Source of the DNA: Octopus sinensis
Taxonomy: Eukaryota
DNA length: 64,000 nucleotides
Assembly (NCBI RefSeq): GCF_006345805.1
Contig: NC_043017.1
Coordinates: 8,308,001-8,372,000, forward strand
Reading direction: 5' to 3'
Shown: piece by piece, positions 37,837-51,727 of the stretch
Position numbering within the stretch: position 1 is the first letter of the stretch
Layout of the letters: the number at the start of each line of letters is the position of its first letter
Position numbers and translations under genes: made by a program
The notes under the pieces: generated by a model
What the model saw: the letters and a program-made list of their open reading frames with translations, nothing else
Told to the model about the DNA's origin: nothing
Database searches by the model: none

Positions 37837-39637
37837 AGTTTGGCAAAAGAGACCAATAGAGTAAGTATTAGGCTTACAAAGAATAAGTCCTGCAGTTGAC
37901 TTGTTCGACTAAAGGCAGTGCTCCAATATGGCCGCAGTCAAATGACTGAAAGAAGTCGAAAAAAAAAAGAATATGAATAATCCTCAATAGGGCAGACACA
38001 TTTGAGGGTTGCTCATGGAAAAACCCCTAAAAACCATGCATTCCCTGCCTTTTGAGGCAGGTGCCTATTTTTACTTTTTTTCCTATAATAATCCTTTCTA
38101 CTAAAGGCACAGGGCCTGAAATTTATGGGGAAGGGACTAGTGAGCTATGTTTAGGGGAGGTGGCAGTGCATTAACCCCAGTGCATAACTGGTACTTATTT
38201 AATCGACCCCGAAAGGATGTAAGGCAAAGTTGACTTCGGAAGAATTTAAATAATAATAATGATAATCCTTTCTACTCTTGGCACAAGGCATGAAATTTTG
38301 GGGGGTGAGGATAAGTCGATTACATTGACCCCTGTGTATAACTGGTACTTATTTCATTGACTATGAAAGAATGAAAGGCAAAGTTGACCTTGGCGGAATT
38401 TGAACTCAGAATATAAAGACAGACAAAATGCTGCTAAGCATTTGCTTGGCGTGCTAATGATTTTGCCAGCTTGCTGTCTTAATTAATAATAATAATAACG
38501 ATGATGATTTCTTTTGTTTGCCACCAGGGTGAAGAATGAGGAGGACGATACCAAGACGAACATAAAGTGTGAAGACTTAGATAGAGTTGAATGATTTAAA
38601 AAGAAAAAGAAACAAACGATAATAAAAATTATTATAAGGTCAGTTAATGAACAGTTGCTCAGCAACATTAAATTAACGAGTTTAATTTCGCTGATCTTTG
38701 CACCCGTGTATCAATTAAGCATGGAAATTAGTGAGTCGTAGGAAGTATGGTAGAACTAGTGAAGTAAATAGCAAAAACCTGTTTAACCTATTTGAATTAA
38801 CCCAGGGTAACTGACTCCACTCTGCACACACACACACACACATACACACACGTGTGTGTGTATGTGTGTAGTTGCATTATCTACTAGAAACGGCAGACAA
38901 ATCTCTCTCATATCATACTTTATCAGTGTGAAACAAGACAGGGGTAATCATCATTATTTAACGTCTTTTTTCTATGCTGGCATGGGTTAGATGGCTCCAC
39001 AGGAGCTGACAAGCCATAGGGCTGCATCAAGCATCAGTCGTGTGGTTTGGAATGGTTGCTATGGTTAGATGCCTTTCCTAATGCCAGAGTATACTGGGTG
39101 CTTTGATGTGGCCCCAGCACAGGTACCTTTTATGTGGTGCTGGAATTGGTGCCTTTTGAGTGGCACCAGCACAGCTGCCTTTTATGTGGTGCCAGCATGA
39201 GAATAATTGTGAAATTCTACATATATTTACATATTTTCTTTTGAAACCAATATTGGCCACACATTTTTTGGTGGGGAGAGTATAGTTGGTTGAACTTATC
39301 CCTTGGAAGGATGATAGACAAAATTGATCAGGCAGGATTTGAACTCAGAATATAAAGTAAAGGACTGTAACTAAAGAAATACTGCAAAGGTATTTTGCCA
39401 AGTGGTGCCACATAAAAATCACCTGTGCCAGTGGTGTGTAAAAACAACCAGTACACTCTGTAAAGTGGTTGGCATTAGGAAGGGCATCCAGCCATAGAAA
39501 CCATGCCGAAACAGACATGTAGCCTGAATGGCCCTTCAGCTGATCAGCCCCTGTCAAACTGTCCAACCCATGCCAGCATGGAAAATGTATATTAAATGAT
39601 GATGATGATGATGATGATTTACTGATTCTAGCAAATA

Positions 39638-40237
39638 CAGTGATACCTCGAAGTATGAGTTTAATTCGTTCCATGACTGAGCTTATTTTATGAGTTACTT
39701 GTTTTACAAATCAAATTTTCCCATTGAAATTAACTAAAATATAATTAATCCATTCCGGCCTTCCAAAACCACCCAAAAATAATTTTTTATGGGTTTTAAA
39801 ACAAAAAAAGGTGTAGTTACAAGTAAAATGATAATTATAAAAAATTGAATGCAAAAGAAATATGTAAACTGGTTTTATTAACTGAATTACCTTAACCCTT
39901 TCATTACTGTATTTCTGTTGAGATGCTCTGTGTTTCTTTCAATTACTTTAAATATAACAAAGAATTTAGTAAAATGACTTAGTTATCATTCAGCTAGTGT
40001 TAGGAACATAAATTGTGACTAAGGTTTGGTAGAAGATTTTAATTCAAAACTTATGAAAATAAGACATTTGTACTCAGAGCCAGAGGTGGTTTCAGCCAGG
40101 TTGGTAACAAAAGGGTTAAAGATGGGGTGATTTGTGTGCTTGTACTGTGGACTTCTCCTCCATACTTCAAGACAAAAATTTGCATGAGTCTCAGCTTGTG
40201 CAGCAAATTACTCGAAAAATACTGCAAGGTTCTACTG
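39638..40237. mobile_element. Tigger-type MITE with a nested piggyBac-like MITE
   Basis: TA-cagtgatacctcg ... caaggttctactg-TA imperfect TIRs. Confidence 0.7.
39896..40115. mobile_element. piggyBac-like MITE (220 bp)
   Basis: TTAA-ccctttcattac ... gtaacaaaaggg-TTAA. Confidence 0.88.
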
Positions 40238-40794
40238 TATTAGTTTCATATTTAAGTACAAGGCCTGCAGTTTTTGAGGAGGGGGCCAAGTGGATTAAAC
40301 TTACCCCGGTGCTCAGCTGGTACTTAATTTATTGACCCCAAAAGATGAAAGGCAAAGTCGACCTCAGAAGAATTTGAACTTAAAATATAGAGGCGGATGA
40401 AATGCTGCTAAGTATCTTACCCAGAGTGCTAACAATTCTGCCAGCCTGCTGCCTTGATTTTAGCAAATATTAACAATAAATGTCTGAAGTCCTGAGATGA
40501 ATTATTAGTATTCTTTAAGATGACAATTTTCCAGAACATTAACTTTTGCCTTTAGAGATGGAAGATGTAAATATTGCAGAAACATTCATTCTAAAAACAA
40601 AGTTAATGGCATGGAAAATTAGTCATCTTAATAGTATTGATTTGTCAATATAGCTACAAGGCCTCAGATTTCATTGAAGAATATAAAGATTGGCCCTCAG
40701 TACATGACTGGTATTTTTTTTTTTTTTTTGCCAAACTCTGGAAGGTTGTAATGCTGACTTGGTAGGGTTCAGATACCAACTTACTGATATCTTG

Positions 40795-41178
40795 TATCTT
40801 TTATCGTTTACTTGTTTCAGTCATTAGACTGTGACCATGCTGGGGCACTGCCTTGAAGAATTTTTTGTAGAATGAATCGATCCCAGTGCTTACTATTTTA
40901 AAACCTAGTACTTATGCTATCATTCTCTTTTGCTGAATCACTAAATTATGGGGATGCAAACAAACCAACACTGGTTGTCAAGCGGTGGTGGTGGGACAAA
41001 CACACGCCCGTATATATAATGGGCTTCTTTCAGTTTCCATCTACCAAATCCACTCACAAGGCTTTGGTTGGCTCGAGGCTATAGTAGAAGACACTTGCCC
41101 AAGATGCCATGCAGTAGGATTGAACTTGGAACCATATGGTTGGAATGGAAATTTCTTACCGCACAGCCATGCCCACAC
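40795..41178 (-). mobile_element. SINE family A
   Basis: Reverse complement of the family A sequence. Confidence 0.8.
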
Positions 41179-41619
41179 CTACATTTGCAAATTTAAATTA
41201 CATCAGTTTAATAGGGGGCTGTCAAAAGGGAACCCAGCTGACACAGTATCAAGGTTTGTGGTAATATATGTAAACCTAAGGGCAGTGAGCTGGTAGGGGT
41301 GTTAGCTCACCAGTCAACATGCTTAGTGGAATTCTGTTCATTTTTACATTCTGGGTTCAAATTCTGTTGAGGTTGGCTTTACCTTTTGTCCTTTCAAGGA
41401 CAATACAATAAGTACCAGTCAGGCTCTAGGGTCAATGTAATCAACTTACTCCTATACCCAAAATTGCTGGCCTTGTGCCAAAATTTGAAACCAATGCACG
41501 TAAATTTCAGGGCCTTTGTGGGTCTTAATCTGGCCCTGTGTGTGTGTCTCTATATGTTGTGCAACCCACAAAGTTTTCCTCAAAATCAAAATTTAGGTAA
41601 ACATGTAGAAGATTATAAA

Positions 41620-42089
41620 CCACAAATAGCAAGGGCATCATCTACATCCATTGGGTTCCCCCAGGCCAGGCAGTCAACAAAGAGAATTCTGTTGAGGTTT
41701 TTAGGGAGCTGAGGAAGAGATTTCATCATCAAAGGCCAGAGATCTTCCACTCTTGCAGCCCAATCCCTCAGTCCACAGTTTCATCCTGGTAACCAACTAC
41801 CCGACAAAGATGGACATCAAAATTGCCCTGCACCCTCCTTGTGCTCCAGACCCTTGCTCCCTGTGACTTTTGGTTATTTTCCCAAGCTGAAGGAGATGAT
41901 GAAGAAGGCTGTGACAAGGATCTTGGATATCTTCACTTTGGAGAGCTTCCATAGGGCCTTCACAAAGTGGCTGGAGCACTACAAGTGCTTTGAAGTCAGA
42001 GCATCATCCTACATTGAAGGAGATTGTGTTTGTTTAAAATTAATCATGTCTCTCCTGTAAAAGTCTCAAAACTTCTGGAATACACCTCG
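41620..42089 (+). mobile_element. Mariner transposon remnant: catalytic-domain fragment plus right TIR
   Basis: SKGIIYIHWVP.GQ.VNK and HPPCAPDLAPCDFWLFPKLK-like (frameshifted) motifs; end aaaacttctggaatacacctcg-TA. Confidence 0.8.
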
Positions 42090-42099
42090 TATCTATCTA

Positions 42100-42120
42100 T
42101 AAGTATATATATATATATAA

Positions 42121-42186
<66 letters not shown>

Positions 42187-43207
42187 TGTGTATGTATGTG
42201 TGCGTGTATGTGTGTGTGTATGTATATGTGTGTGTATGTATATATGTGTGTGTATGAATGTATATATGTGTGTGTGTGTGTATGTAGTATTTGTGTGTGT
42301 GTGTATTTTTGTCTGTGTGTATATATATATATATATGTCTGTGTGTGTGTGCGTGTATATGTCTGTGTGTGTTTGTCTGTGTGTGTGTGTATGTATATAT
42401 CTGTGTGTGTGTGTGTATATGTCTGTATGTTTATGTGTGTGTATGTATAAATATGTGTGTCTCTGTATGTATGTATGTGTTTATGCATGTACATAACTGT
42501 ATATGACCTCTGAGTGTGTGTCTGTGTACAGACGCACATTTGCGTGTGTCTGTATGTATGTTGGTCTGAGAAGCCTTTTTTCATTTCTAATTCTATTATA
42601 GACATTAATGAGTATTTGATAGTCTGTAGATTATGCACTTATGATAATGGCAGCTGTTCTGCAACACAATTGTAAGAAACCTCTACCAGAAGAACCAGAC
42701 TCTTCACAATAATTCTTCCTTTTTAAGTGCCATAATGTATTTGATTAAATATTTCAAAGGAACAAAAGCTTTCATACAATCTACTTTCATTAAATCTCAT
42801 AGACCTATGTACACAGTGACACATTGACATATATGTACAAACACACACACACACACACAAATATGTACACAGATGCATACACACACACATACACACACAC
42901 ATACACAGATATGTACATACTAACATACATACACTTGTACATATACATACATATACAGATACACCCACACACATACATGTCCAGATACACACACACACAC
43001 ACACACAAATATGTACACAGATGCATACACACACACATACACAGATATGTACATACTAACATACATACACTTGTACATATACATACATATACAGATACAC
43101 CCACACACATACATGTCCAGACACACACACACACACATGCATACACATACATATACACACGCCTGCACACACACATATCCAAACATAAACACAAAGACAG
43201 ACGTTAA

Positions 43208-43242
<35 letters not shown>

Positions 43243-43380
43243 ACATATACACTCTCATACATAAACACACATACATATATGAACGCACACACATATACAC
43301 AGATGCACATACATATACACATACACATCTGCATACACACACACATGCATACACTCACAAACACGCACACACACATTCAA
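42100..43380. repeat. Opposed (TG)n-rich (42100-42560) and (CA)n-rich (42826-43380) tracts; the latter has a ~150-bp internal duplication
   Basis: Direct reading. Confidence 0.8.
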
Positions 43381-43857
43381 CTTTTCACTTGAAGGTCCTT
43401 GAATTCTTGTTGCTAAAGAATCTTTAGAAATGCTACACAAATAAAACTCCGTTATCTAATGCCGGCACTTCATTAATTTTAATTAATCCGCCAATTTCAC
43501 AATGAAATGTTTCCAAGACTTTTGGATAATGTCAGGATATTTTATTCATTTTTTTTTTTAACTGCTTAATACGAGGGGGAAGAAAGGGCTTGTATCCCCC
43601 TATCAAGGCCTTCAGCACTTGCAACAGAGTAGGTTCTGATAAAGCCCTTTTGATGCCAACTTGCCTGAGACTGTTCCTGGTTCTCTGATGCAAACTTCTT
43701 GGTACAAAGTAACTACAATGGAATTTTCTAGTAGAAATTTCATGTTCATTTAGGTTGAGATCATAGGTCTTCATCTGCTTGTTCTGCCATTGAGGACTTT
43801 GACTATGTTTTTTGAGGTACGAAAAGCCGAAAAGAAAACTCTGAAAAAAAAAAAAGA

Positions 43858-44235
43858 TAGGTGCAGGCGTGGTTTTGTGGTAAGAAGCTTACCTCCAAAC
43901 CACATGGTACAAGGTTCAATCCCACTGCATGGCACCTTGGGCAAGTGACTTCTGCTATAGCCTTGGGCTGATAAAGCCTTGTCAGTGGATTTGGTTGATG
44001 GAAACTGAAAGAAGCCCATTGTATGTGTGTGTGTGTGTCTTTGTCCTCCACCACCACTTGACAACCAATGCATGTTTGTTTACATTCCTGTAACTTAGTG
44101 GCTTGGCAAGAGACCCAATAAAATAAATACCAGGCTTTAAAGAAAGTAGTGGGGTTGATTCATTCAATTAAAAATTCTTGAGAGCAGTGCTCCAGCATGG
44201 CTGCAGTCAAGTGACTAAAACAAGTAAAAGATAAA
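43858..44235 (+). mobile_element. SINE family A, full length
   Basis: Colinear with family A. Confidence 0.82.
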
Positions 44236-44299
44236 AGGCAAAACACACACACACACACACACACACACAGAGCTAATTCCTAACTTGAAAACAGGTAAA

Positions 44300-45490
44300 A
44301 GTTGGTGACAGGAAGAGCATCCAGCTGTAAAAACCCTACCACCAAATAACTCCTCATCTGAACCTATGCAGGTATGAAGAAACAGATGGTAACCCTTTTT
44401 CTGTGGAAAGCAGATATATTCACCCAAAATTTCATTATCCTTAACTGTGTGAAGCAGTTTTATAAACCAATCTATCTTTTGTTGAGGAAAGTTAAGCTTG
44501 AAATTATTTTTTGTTGAGATACATCAAGTTTATTGAAGCAACATGACTTGCAGAAAAATACCAATTATATTTTTTGGTAAATATTTAAAATCCTTACTGG
44601 AATAACCATTAAATTTAATTTCACAATTAAAGGGTTAACCCAACCAACACTGTCTACATGGTTGGAATTAGGAAAGGCATTCAACTGTAAAAATCCAGTC
44701 TCAAATAACTCCTTGTTTGAATCTGTGCTGATATGAAGAAACAGAAATTTATTGAGGTAACATGATTTTGCAGAAAATACCAATTCTATTTTTGGGTAGA
44801 TATTTTTAACATCATTACTGGAATAACCAAGAAATTTAAATTTGCAGTTTAACCCATTCATTACCAACCCAGCTGAAACCGGCTCTGGCTCTGAGTACAA
44901 AAGTCTTGTTTTCATAAGTTTTGAATAAAAATCTTTCACCAAACCTTAGTCACATTTTATGTTCCTAACACCAGCTGAATGATAACTAAGTTGTTTTACT
45001 AAATTCTTTGTGTATATTTAAAGTAATTGAAAGAAACACAGAGCATCTTAAAATAAATACAGTAATGAAAGGGTAAACAAACTAACAGTGTGTGCATGGT
45101 TTGAGTTAGGAAGGGTATCTAGCCATGAAAACCCAGTCTCAAATAACTCCTTGTCCAAACCCGTGCCGACATGAAAAAATAGATGTTAACCTTTTTACTA
45201 TGGAAACCAGATGTATCTACTAAGAAATTTCATTACCTATAACTGTGGAAAAATGTTTTATAGTTTTATATACCAATCTGTATTTTGTTGAGGAATATTA
45301 TGTTTGAAACTGTTTTCTGTTGAGATATGTCAAGTATATTGAGGCAACATGACTTGCAGAAAATATCAATTCTATTTTTGGTAGATATTTGACATCATTC
45401 CTGGAATAATCAAGAAATTTTGCAGTTTAAACGTTTAAACAAATCAACACTGTCTGCATGGTTGGAGTTAGGAAGAGTATTCAACCGTGG
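44300..45490 (+). repeat. Old degenerate tandem repeat, about 3 units of up to ~360 bp
   Basis: Recurring caaataactcct, caacatgacttgcagaaaa, ctggaataa and catggttggaRttaggaa. Confidence 0.75.
44853..45073. mobile_element. piggyBac-like MITE inserted in the tandem repeat
   Basis: TTAA-cccattcattac ... gtaatgaaaggg-TAAA; reverse complement of 39896-40115. Confidence 0.85.
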
Positions 45491-45861
45491 AAATGAAGCC
45501 AGAATGAGACATATGAGTGAGACATGGTCCTTGAATGGCAGTGACTTTGAATAAGCAAATGGTTCTGAGTCATTTAACCCCTGTCAATGTGGAAAGCAGA
45601 GATAAAATGATGTGATAATAATAATAATAATAATAATAACGACGGTTTCAAATTTAAACACAAGGCCAGCAATTTCAAGGGTGGGGAGAAAGTCGATTAC
45701 ATTGACCCCAGTACTACACAACTGGTACTTATTTTATCGACCCTGAATGGATGAAAGTGCAATATTGACATTGGTGGAATTTGAACTCAGAACATAAAGA
45801 CACATGAAATACTGCTAAGCATTTTGCTTGGTGTGCAAATAATTTTGACAGCTTGCCACCT

Positions 45862-46020
45862 TAATAATGATGATGATGATGATAATAATAACAATAATAA
45901 TAATAATAATAACAATAATAATAATAATAATAACAATAATAACAATAATAATCATAATGATAATAATAATAATAACAATAATAATCATAATAATAATGAA
46001 AATAATAATAATAATAATCC
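45862..46020. repeat. (AAT/AAC)n microsatellite
   Basis: Direct reading. Confidence 0.95.
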
Positions 46021-46544
46021 ATAGATAATATTTATTCATTCTTAAAAATCAATCAGATTAAAGCAATGTTTGCACTTGTACGAAGAATAGTAATGTAATT
46101 CCAGAGATTAAAAGCAAAGAAAACAAGAAACATCCCATCAATCCATTGTGTTCTTGATCGACACCATTTCTTACAAAAAGAATAAAAAAAAAAGAAAACA
46201 CATTCTCCCAAAAACTATATCTTTAATAATTGTTTATAAGAGAAACGAAAAATCAAAAGTAATAGAGGAATTTTTGGTAAAAATATGAAAAAGAACTGGA
46301 AAGAATATGGAAGAACTTGAAAGAGGAAGAATATGGGTTTTTTTTTTTCCATTTTTCTTTTTCATTTTAGTCTTCTGTTAGAATTTGCTGATAAACAAAG
46401 TTGGCAGGGCTTTTTTTTTGTTTGGTGTATGTTTATTTTTTGTCTTGTTTTGTTGCAGATATTTCGTAAAAATTGATGCTGAAGGCTACAACAATTGAAT
46501 GGAAAAAAATTTGTGTGTGTATATGTTAGTACATATTTACTGCT

Positions 46545-46658
46545 TTTGTGTGTGTGTGTATATACATACATATATTTATATATATACATATATATGTAAT
46601 GTTATAATCTATTATGTCTACATAATCTTTCAAATCTGATATATATATACATACATAA

Positions 46659-46690
<32 letters not shown>

Positions 46691-47570
46691 ATGCATATAT
46701 ATGTATGTATATGCATATGTATGTATGTATATGCATGTATGTATGTATATGCATATGTATGTGTATGTATGTATATGCATATGTATGTATATGCGTATAT
46801 ATGTATGTATGTATGTATATGCATATGCATTTATATATGTATGTGCATTTATATATAGATATGTATATGTATGTGTATGTATGTATATATATATGTATAT
46901 GCATTTATATATATGTATGTGCATGTATAGACATATATATATATATATATATATGTGTATGGTATGTATATATATATATATATATGTGTATGGTATGTAT
47001 ATATATATATATATATATATGTATGGTATGTATGTATATATATATATGTGCCTACATGCATGTTTGTGTATGTATATGCACAAATATATGTGTGTGTGTG
47101 TGAATGCATGAGAATTGAATGTTTATCAAGACATAATGGATATGACATAAGTGTTGTGTATATATATCTTCTTCCATATTACTGCTGCTGACTCAAAGTA
47201 ATCACAGATATCATAATATCACACACTTATTCCACATTTATTCTATGCTATCACTTACATTCGATATTCAATTATTCATGTCATTACACATACAACATGT
47301 ATGTATGCATGTATGAATATATGTATGCGTGCATGTGAGCATGTGTATGTCTGTGCATGCATGTATGTAGGTTTGTATTCGTGCATGTCAACATGTATGT
47401 GTGTATGTGTGCATGTAAGCGTGTGTGTGTATATATTTATGTGTGCATGCAAGCATATATGTATGTTTATTTCTGCGTGCATGTAGGCATGTGTATATGT
47501 ATACATGTGTGTATGTAAGCTTGTATGTAAGTGTATGTGTTTAAATATGTATGTATGTGTGTATGTATGT
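46545..47570. repeat. (TA)n/(TATG)n/(TG)n compound microsatellite field
   Basis: Direct reading. Confidence 0.9.
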
Positions 47571-48157
47571 TTGTTGTGAGGGTACATGGCTTAGTGGTTA
47601 GGGTGTTGCATTCATGATCAGCTGATCATAGGTTCAATTCCTGGACAGTTTCTATCAATCAAATCGACTCATCAACCATTGGTTGGCCTGGGGCTGTAGG
47701 AGAAGGCCCTTGCCCAAGGTGCTGTGCAGTGGGCTTGAACCTGAAACCACATGGTTAAGATGAGCTTCTTAACCACACAGCTATGCCTGTAGTTTCTTTT
47801 TATATTTTTCATTGTAACCTTCCATATGAAGTGTACAAGTAATTTTTCGTTTGATCTCCAGGGTACCATAATTGTTTGATCTTCAGGGTACTGAAATATT
47901 GAGAATCACTACATTACTAGCATCCAGAATGAAGGGGTCCTTCTTGAGCCTTATACAAGTGCCAGTTTCTCAGTTTCCATGGTGCATATATTTCCTCTTG
48001 GATGGGACACTGGTCAGTTGCAGGATTACTCTTCTGACTGTTTACACTCTGAGTTCAAATTCTGCTGGGGTTGCCTTTGCCTTTTGTCCTCTACTTACCC
48101 ATTTCCTTAAAATTGCTGGCCTTGTGTGAAAATTTGAAATCATTATTATTTATATTA

Positions 48158-48617
48158 CTAGCTGGCCCCATGCCGTAAAAAATGGCAGCTAATTGTAGTG
48201 TTTTATATATAAATATGGATGGTCACTCAAATTAATACGCTTGTCAATGTTATCTAGTTGTCTTTTGAGATGTGACATTGGTCATCGTTTGTTACTGAAA
48301 GAATGCTAGCTCAGACATACAAATATTCACATACTTCTCTTGTGCATGCACACACACATACACACATATACTCACACAGAGTTGAAACGCTGTTTGATTT
48401 TTCTTTTCAGTGTTATGTTCACCATCCGATTTCCCATTGCACACACACACACACACTTATACACACACACTTATACATATACACGCACACCTCCTTTTTA
48501 CATACACACACATATACTCACAGAGTTGAAATGCCCCACTACCAGTTTGCCATCACCCCTTCCTTTCTCATTCATATGTTGTGACGGAGAAAAACACTAG
48601 AGTATTATTATTTATAT
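48158..48617 (-). mobile_element. Non-autonomous Helitron-like element
   Basis: Minus-strand 3' end: hairpin tgcca-ttttta-cggca, short spacer, then CTAG|T; AT-rich 5' end; internal CA microsatellite and duplicated catatactcacacagagttgaaa. Confidence 0.55.
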
Positions 48618-49839
48618 TTTAGTGGCAAGCTGGAAGAATCATTAACAGCTTTGACAAAATGCTTAGCGACATTTCTCCCAGCTCTTTATGTTCTGAGTTC
48701 AAATTCCACCAAAGTCAACTTTACCTTTCATCCTTTCAGGGTCGATGAAGTAAGTTCTAATTGAACACTGGGGGTCAATACAATCGACTTGGCCCCTCCC
48801 CTCCCTGAAAAAACTGCTGGCCTTGTGCCAAAATTTGAAACCGGTATTGTCCTAGATATGAAATGCCTCCCAAACAAGAAGGCATGATAGTCGAGGCTGG
48901 AACATTTTTGATCAGCAGTCTGACCTGGGCCTTTACAACAACGTTAAGCCTACCCCTACCCAAAATATAACCCACCCTACAATTCCTCTCAACTGCTATC
49001 TTACAGCCCCCCCACCCCCACCCCCGCCACTGACCAAATAATCTTCTCAGAGGTTTTTCCTTGATCGGTTTTATTATATTTCTATAACAGTGCAAATGCT
49101 CTTTCAATATCTCTCTCTTTTCCTTTCCCCCTCTCTCTCTCTCTCTTTTCCTTTCCCTCTCTCTCTTTTCCTTTCCCTCTCTCTCTCCTTTCTTTTCTCT
49201 CTCTCTCTCTCTCCTTTCCTTTCTTTTCTTTTCTCTCTCTCTCTCTCTCTCTCTCCTTTCGTTCTCTCTTTCTGTCTTTCTATCTCAGTCTCTAATCTAT
49301 TCAACTCTTACTGTTTCTCTCTTTATCTATAACAGAATGTCACTGTCTCTATCTATAACTCATTCTCTCCACATACATCTCTTACTCATTCTCTCCCACA
49401 CACCCTCCTTTCCTCTGCCTCTGTCTATAACTCACTCTCCCCCTCCCTCCCCCTCTTAATCTCTGTCTATCTCTGTCTGTGAAGAAGGATACAATTTGTT
49501 ATTTAAATTGATTGATACATTGATCTATAGCAACAGCACAGATCAATATAATCCTTTACGATTGTTTTATGGCAATTCTGTTGTTGTGGCTGTGGTAGTG
49601 TAGTGGTTATTGTTATTGGTGGTGGTGGTGATGGGCTAATGGTTGTTATAGTCCTATTTGTAGAAGTAGTATTTGTTGTTGTTGTGGTGGTGGCAATGGT
49701 TGTTATGGTGGTAGTGGTAATGGTTGTTGCAGGGGTGATTGTTATTGTGATGGTGGTGTGTGTTGTGGTGCAGTGACAAAGCTGCTATTGTTTGCAACAA
49801 TAACAACCACCACATTATTGTTGTGATAATTGTTTTGTT

Positions 49840-50290
49840 GCAGTGTAGTGTGTTGTGGGAATGCAGTGTGTTGTGGGACTGTAGTATGTTGTGGGAATGC
49901 AATGTAGTGTAAGAAAGTGTTGTGTGCAGAGGAATATAGTGTTGTGTGGTGTTGTGGGAATGCAGCGCTTTGCATTGTGGGAATGCAGTGAAGTGTGTTG
50001 TGGGACAGTGTAGTATTATGTGGGAACGCAGCGTAGTGCAGGACAGTGTAGTGCATTGTGGGAATGCAGTTTAGTGTAAGACAGTATAGTGTGTTGTGGG
50101 AATGCAATGTAGTGTAAGAAAGTGTTGTGTGGTGTTGTGGGAATGCAGCACTTTGCATTGTGGGAATGCAGTGAAGTGTGTTGTGGGACAGTGTAGTGTT
50201 ATATGGGAATGCAGTGTAGTGCATTGTGGGAATGCAGTTTAGTGTAAGACAGTATAGTGTGTTGTGGGAATACAATGTAGTGTTGTGAGA
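49840..50290. repeat. Minisatellite (gtgttgtgggaatgcagtgta) with a ~180-bp higher-order duplication
   Basis: Blocks ttgcattgtgggaatgcagtgaagtgtg and ttagtgtaagacagtatagtgtg each occur twice. Confidence 0.85.
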
Positions 50291-50922
50291 ATAAGGCAGT
50301 GTAGTATAGCCTGGTGATTTAGTGTTTGTCTGTCATATAGTGTGTTGTGGTATGACCAAGTGCATCACTACAGTAGAGCATAATGGTTGGAATTGCAGAA
50401 AACGTTTGTACTTCAGGTTGTTCAACCGGCAGAAATGACAAGGCATCAAACTAAATAACTGTGTAATAACTACTTCTATAACTACTTGTTTATTACTATA
50501 ATCATGTGTCAGCTGTCATGTGATATCTACTTCCAAATTTAGACATCTCTTCACTCTATATATAATATGCAGTTTAGACATATCAGTGAGCATTTTGCAT
50601 ATATGATGGCCATCATCATCATCATCAAAGGAGACTCTATTATGTGACATAACCAAACTGTCTTTTCCACTATCATGTGAACCACTTTAGCAGAAATCAT
50701 CTAAGTAGTTTGAACTCTGTTTTGATTGGCTATAAACTGGCTGGTCAGTAACCAATCAGCAACTTCTCTTGTGAGATTTTTTGGCAGTATTTAAAAGAAC
50801 TGCAGTTAAGAATCATCACTAAGGGGAGATGGTTCTAATCAGCAGCTGGTCAGCTAGCCTAATACGTATTCACTGACCACTAAGCCATGTGCCTTCACAG
50901 GAGGCACAAAAACACAAACACA

Positions 50923-50976
<54 letters not shown>

Positions 50977-51727
50977 TACATGTGGTGTTGACATGGTTTG
51001 TGTTTGAAGCTTTTTTCTCTGGCTGTGTGCTTCTACATAATCATGAAAGAATAGTCAGTGCAAAAATGGTGGTAATGTTCTGACCAACTGTGTGCAGTTA
51101 CCAAGAATATACTGCTCAGTTTTTTTTTTTACAACCAACTAACTGATAATCGTGTGTGTGTGTGCCTATATATGTACATGTAAGTATGTATTTATACATA
51201 TTTATATGTATATGTGTGTGTGTATAGCACTCACATAGCCTCACCAACCATCTTGGGTCTTCTGGATACCAATACCTCTCATATATATATATAATATATG
51301 TATGTATAGATGGATGTATATCTATCTTAGCTGTCTATCTATCTTTATAATGCGCTTCTTTTGGGTTCTCTCTACCAATTTCACTGACAAAGCTTTTGGT
51401 TGACCCAGGCTTTAGTAGAAGGCATTTGCCCAAGGTGCTGTGTAGTGGGACTGAACCCCCAAACCATATGGTTGGGAAGCAAGCTTCTTCACCACACAGC
51501 CATGTCTGCAAACACATTCATTTCATGTTTGAGAATTTTCCAGATTTTATTAATTCGTTTGGAAACATTAAATTATAATCTCAATTCTTGCTTTCCAATA
51601 CTTTTGAAATGGACTTTTTCCCTTTGTTCTGCATTAGTCCATTGTGATCGATTTAAAATCTTAATGGGATAAAATGAAATTGTTGATTTTAAAATCCAAT
51701 GTTTGTTATCATTCACTCGTTAAAAAC

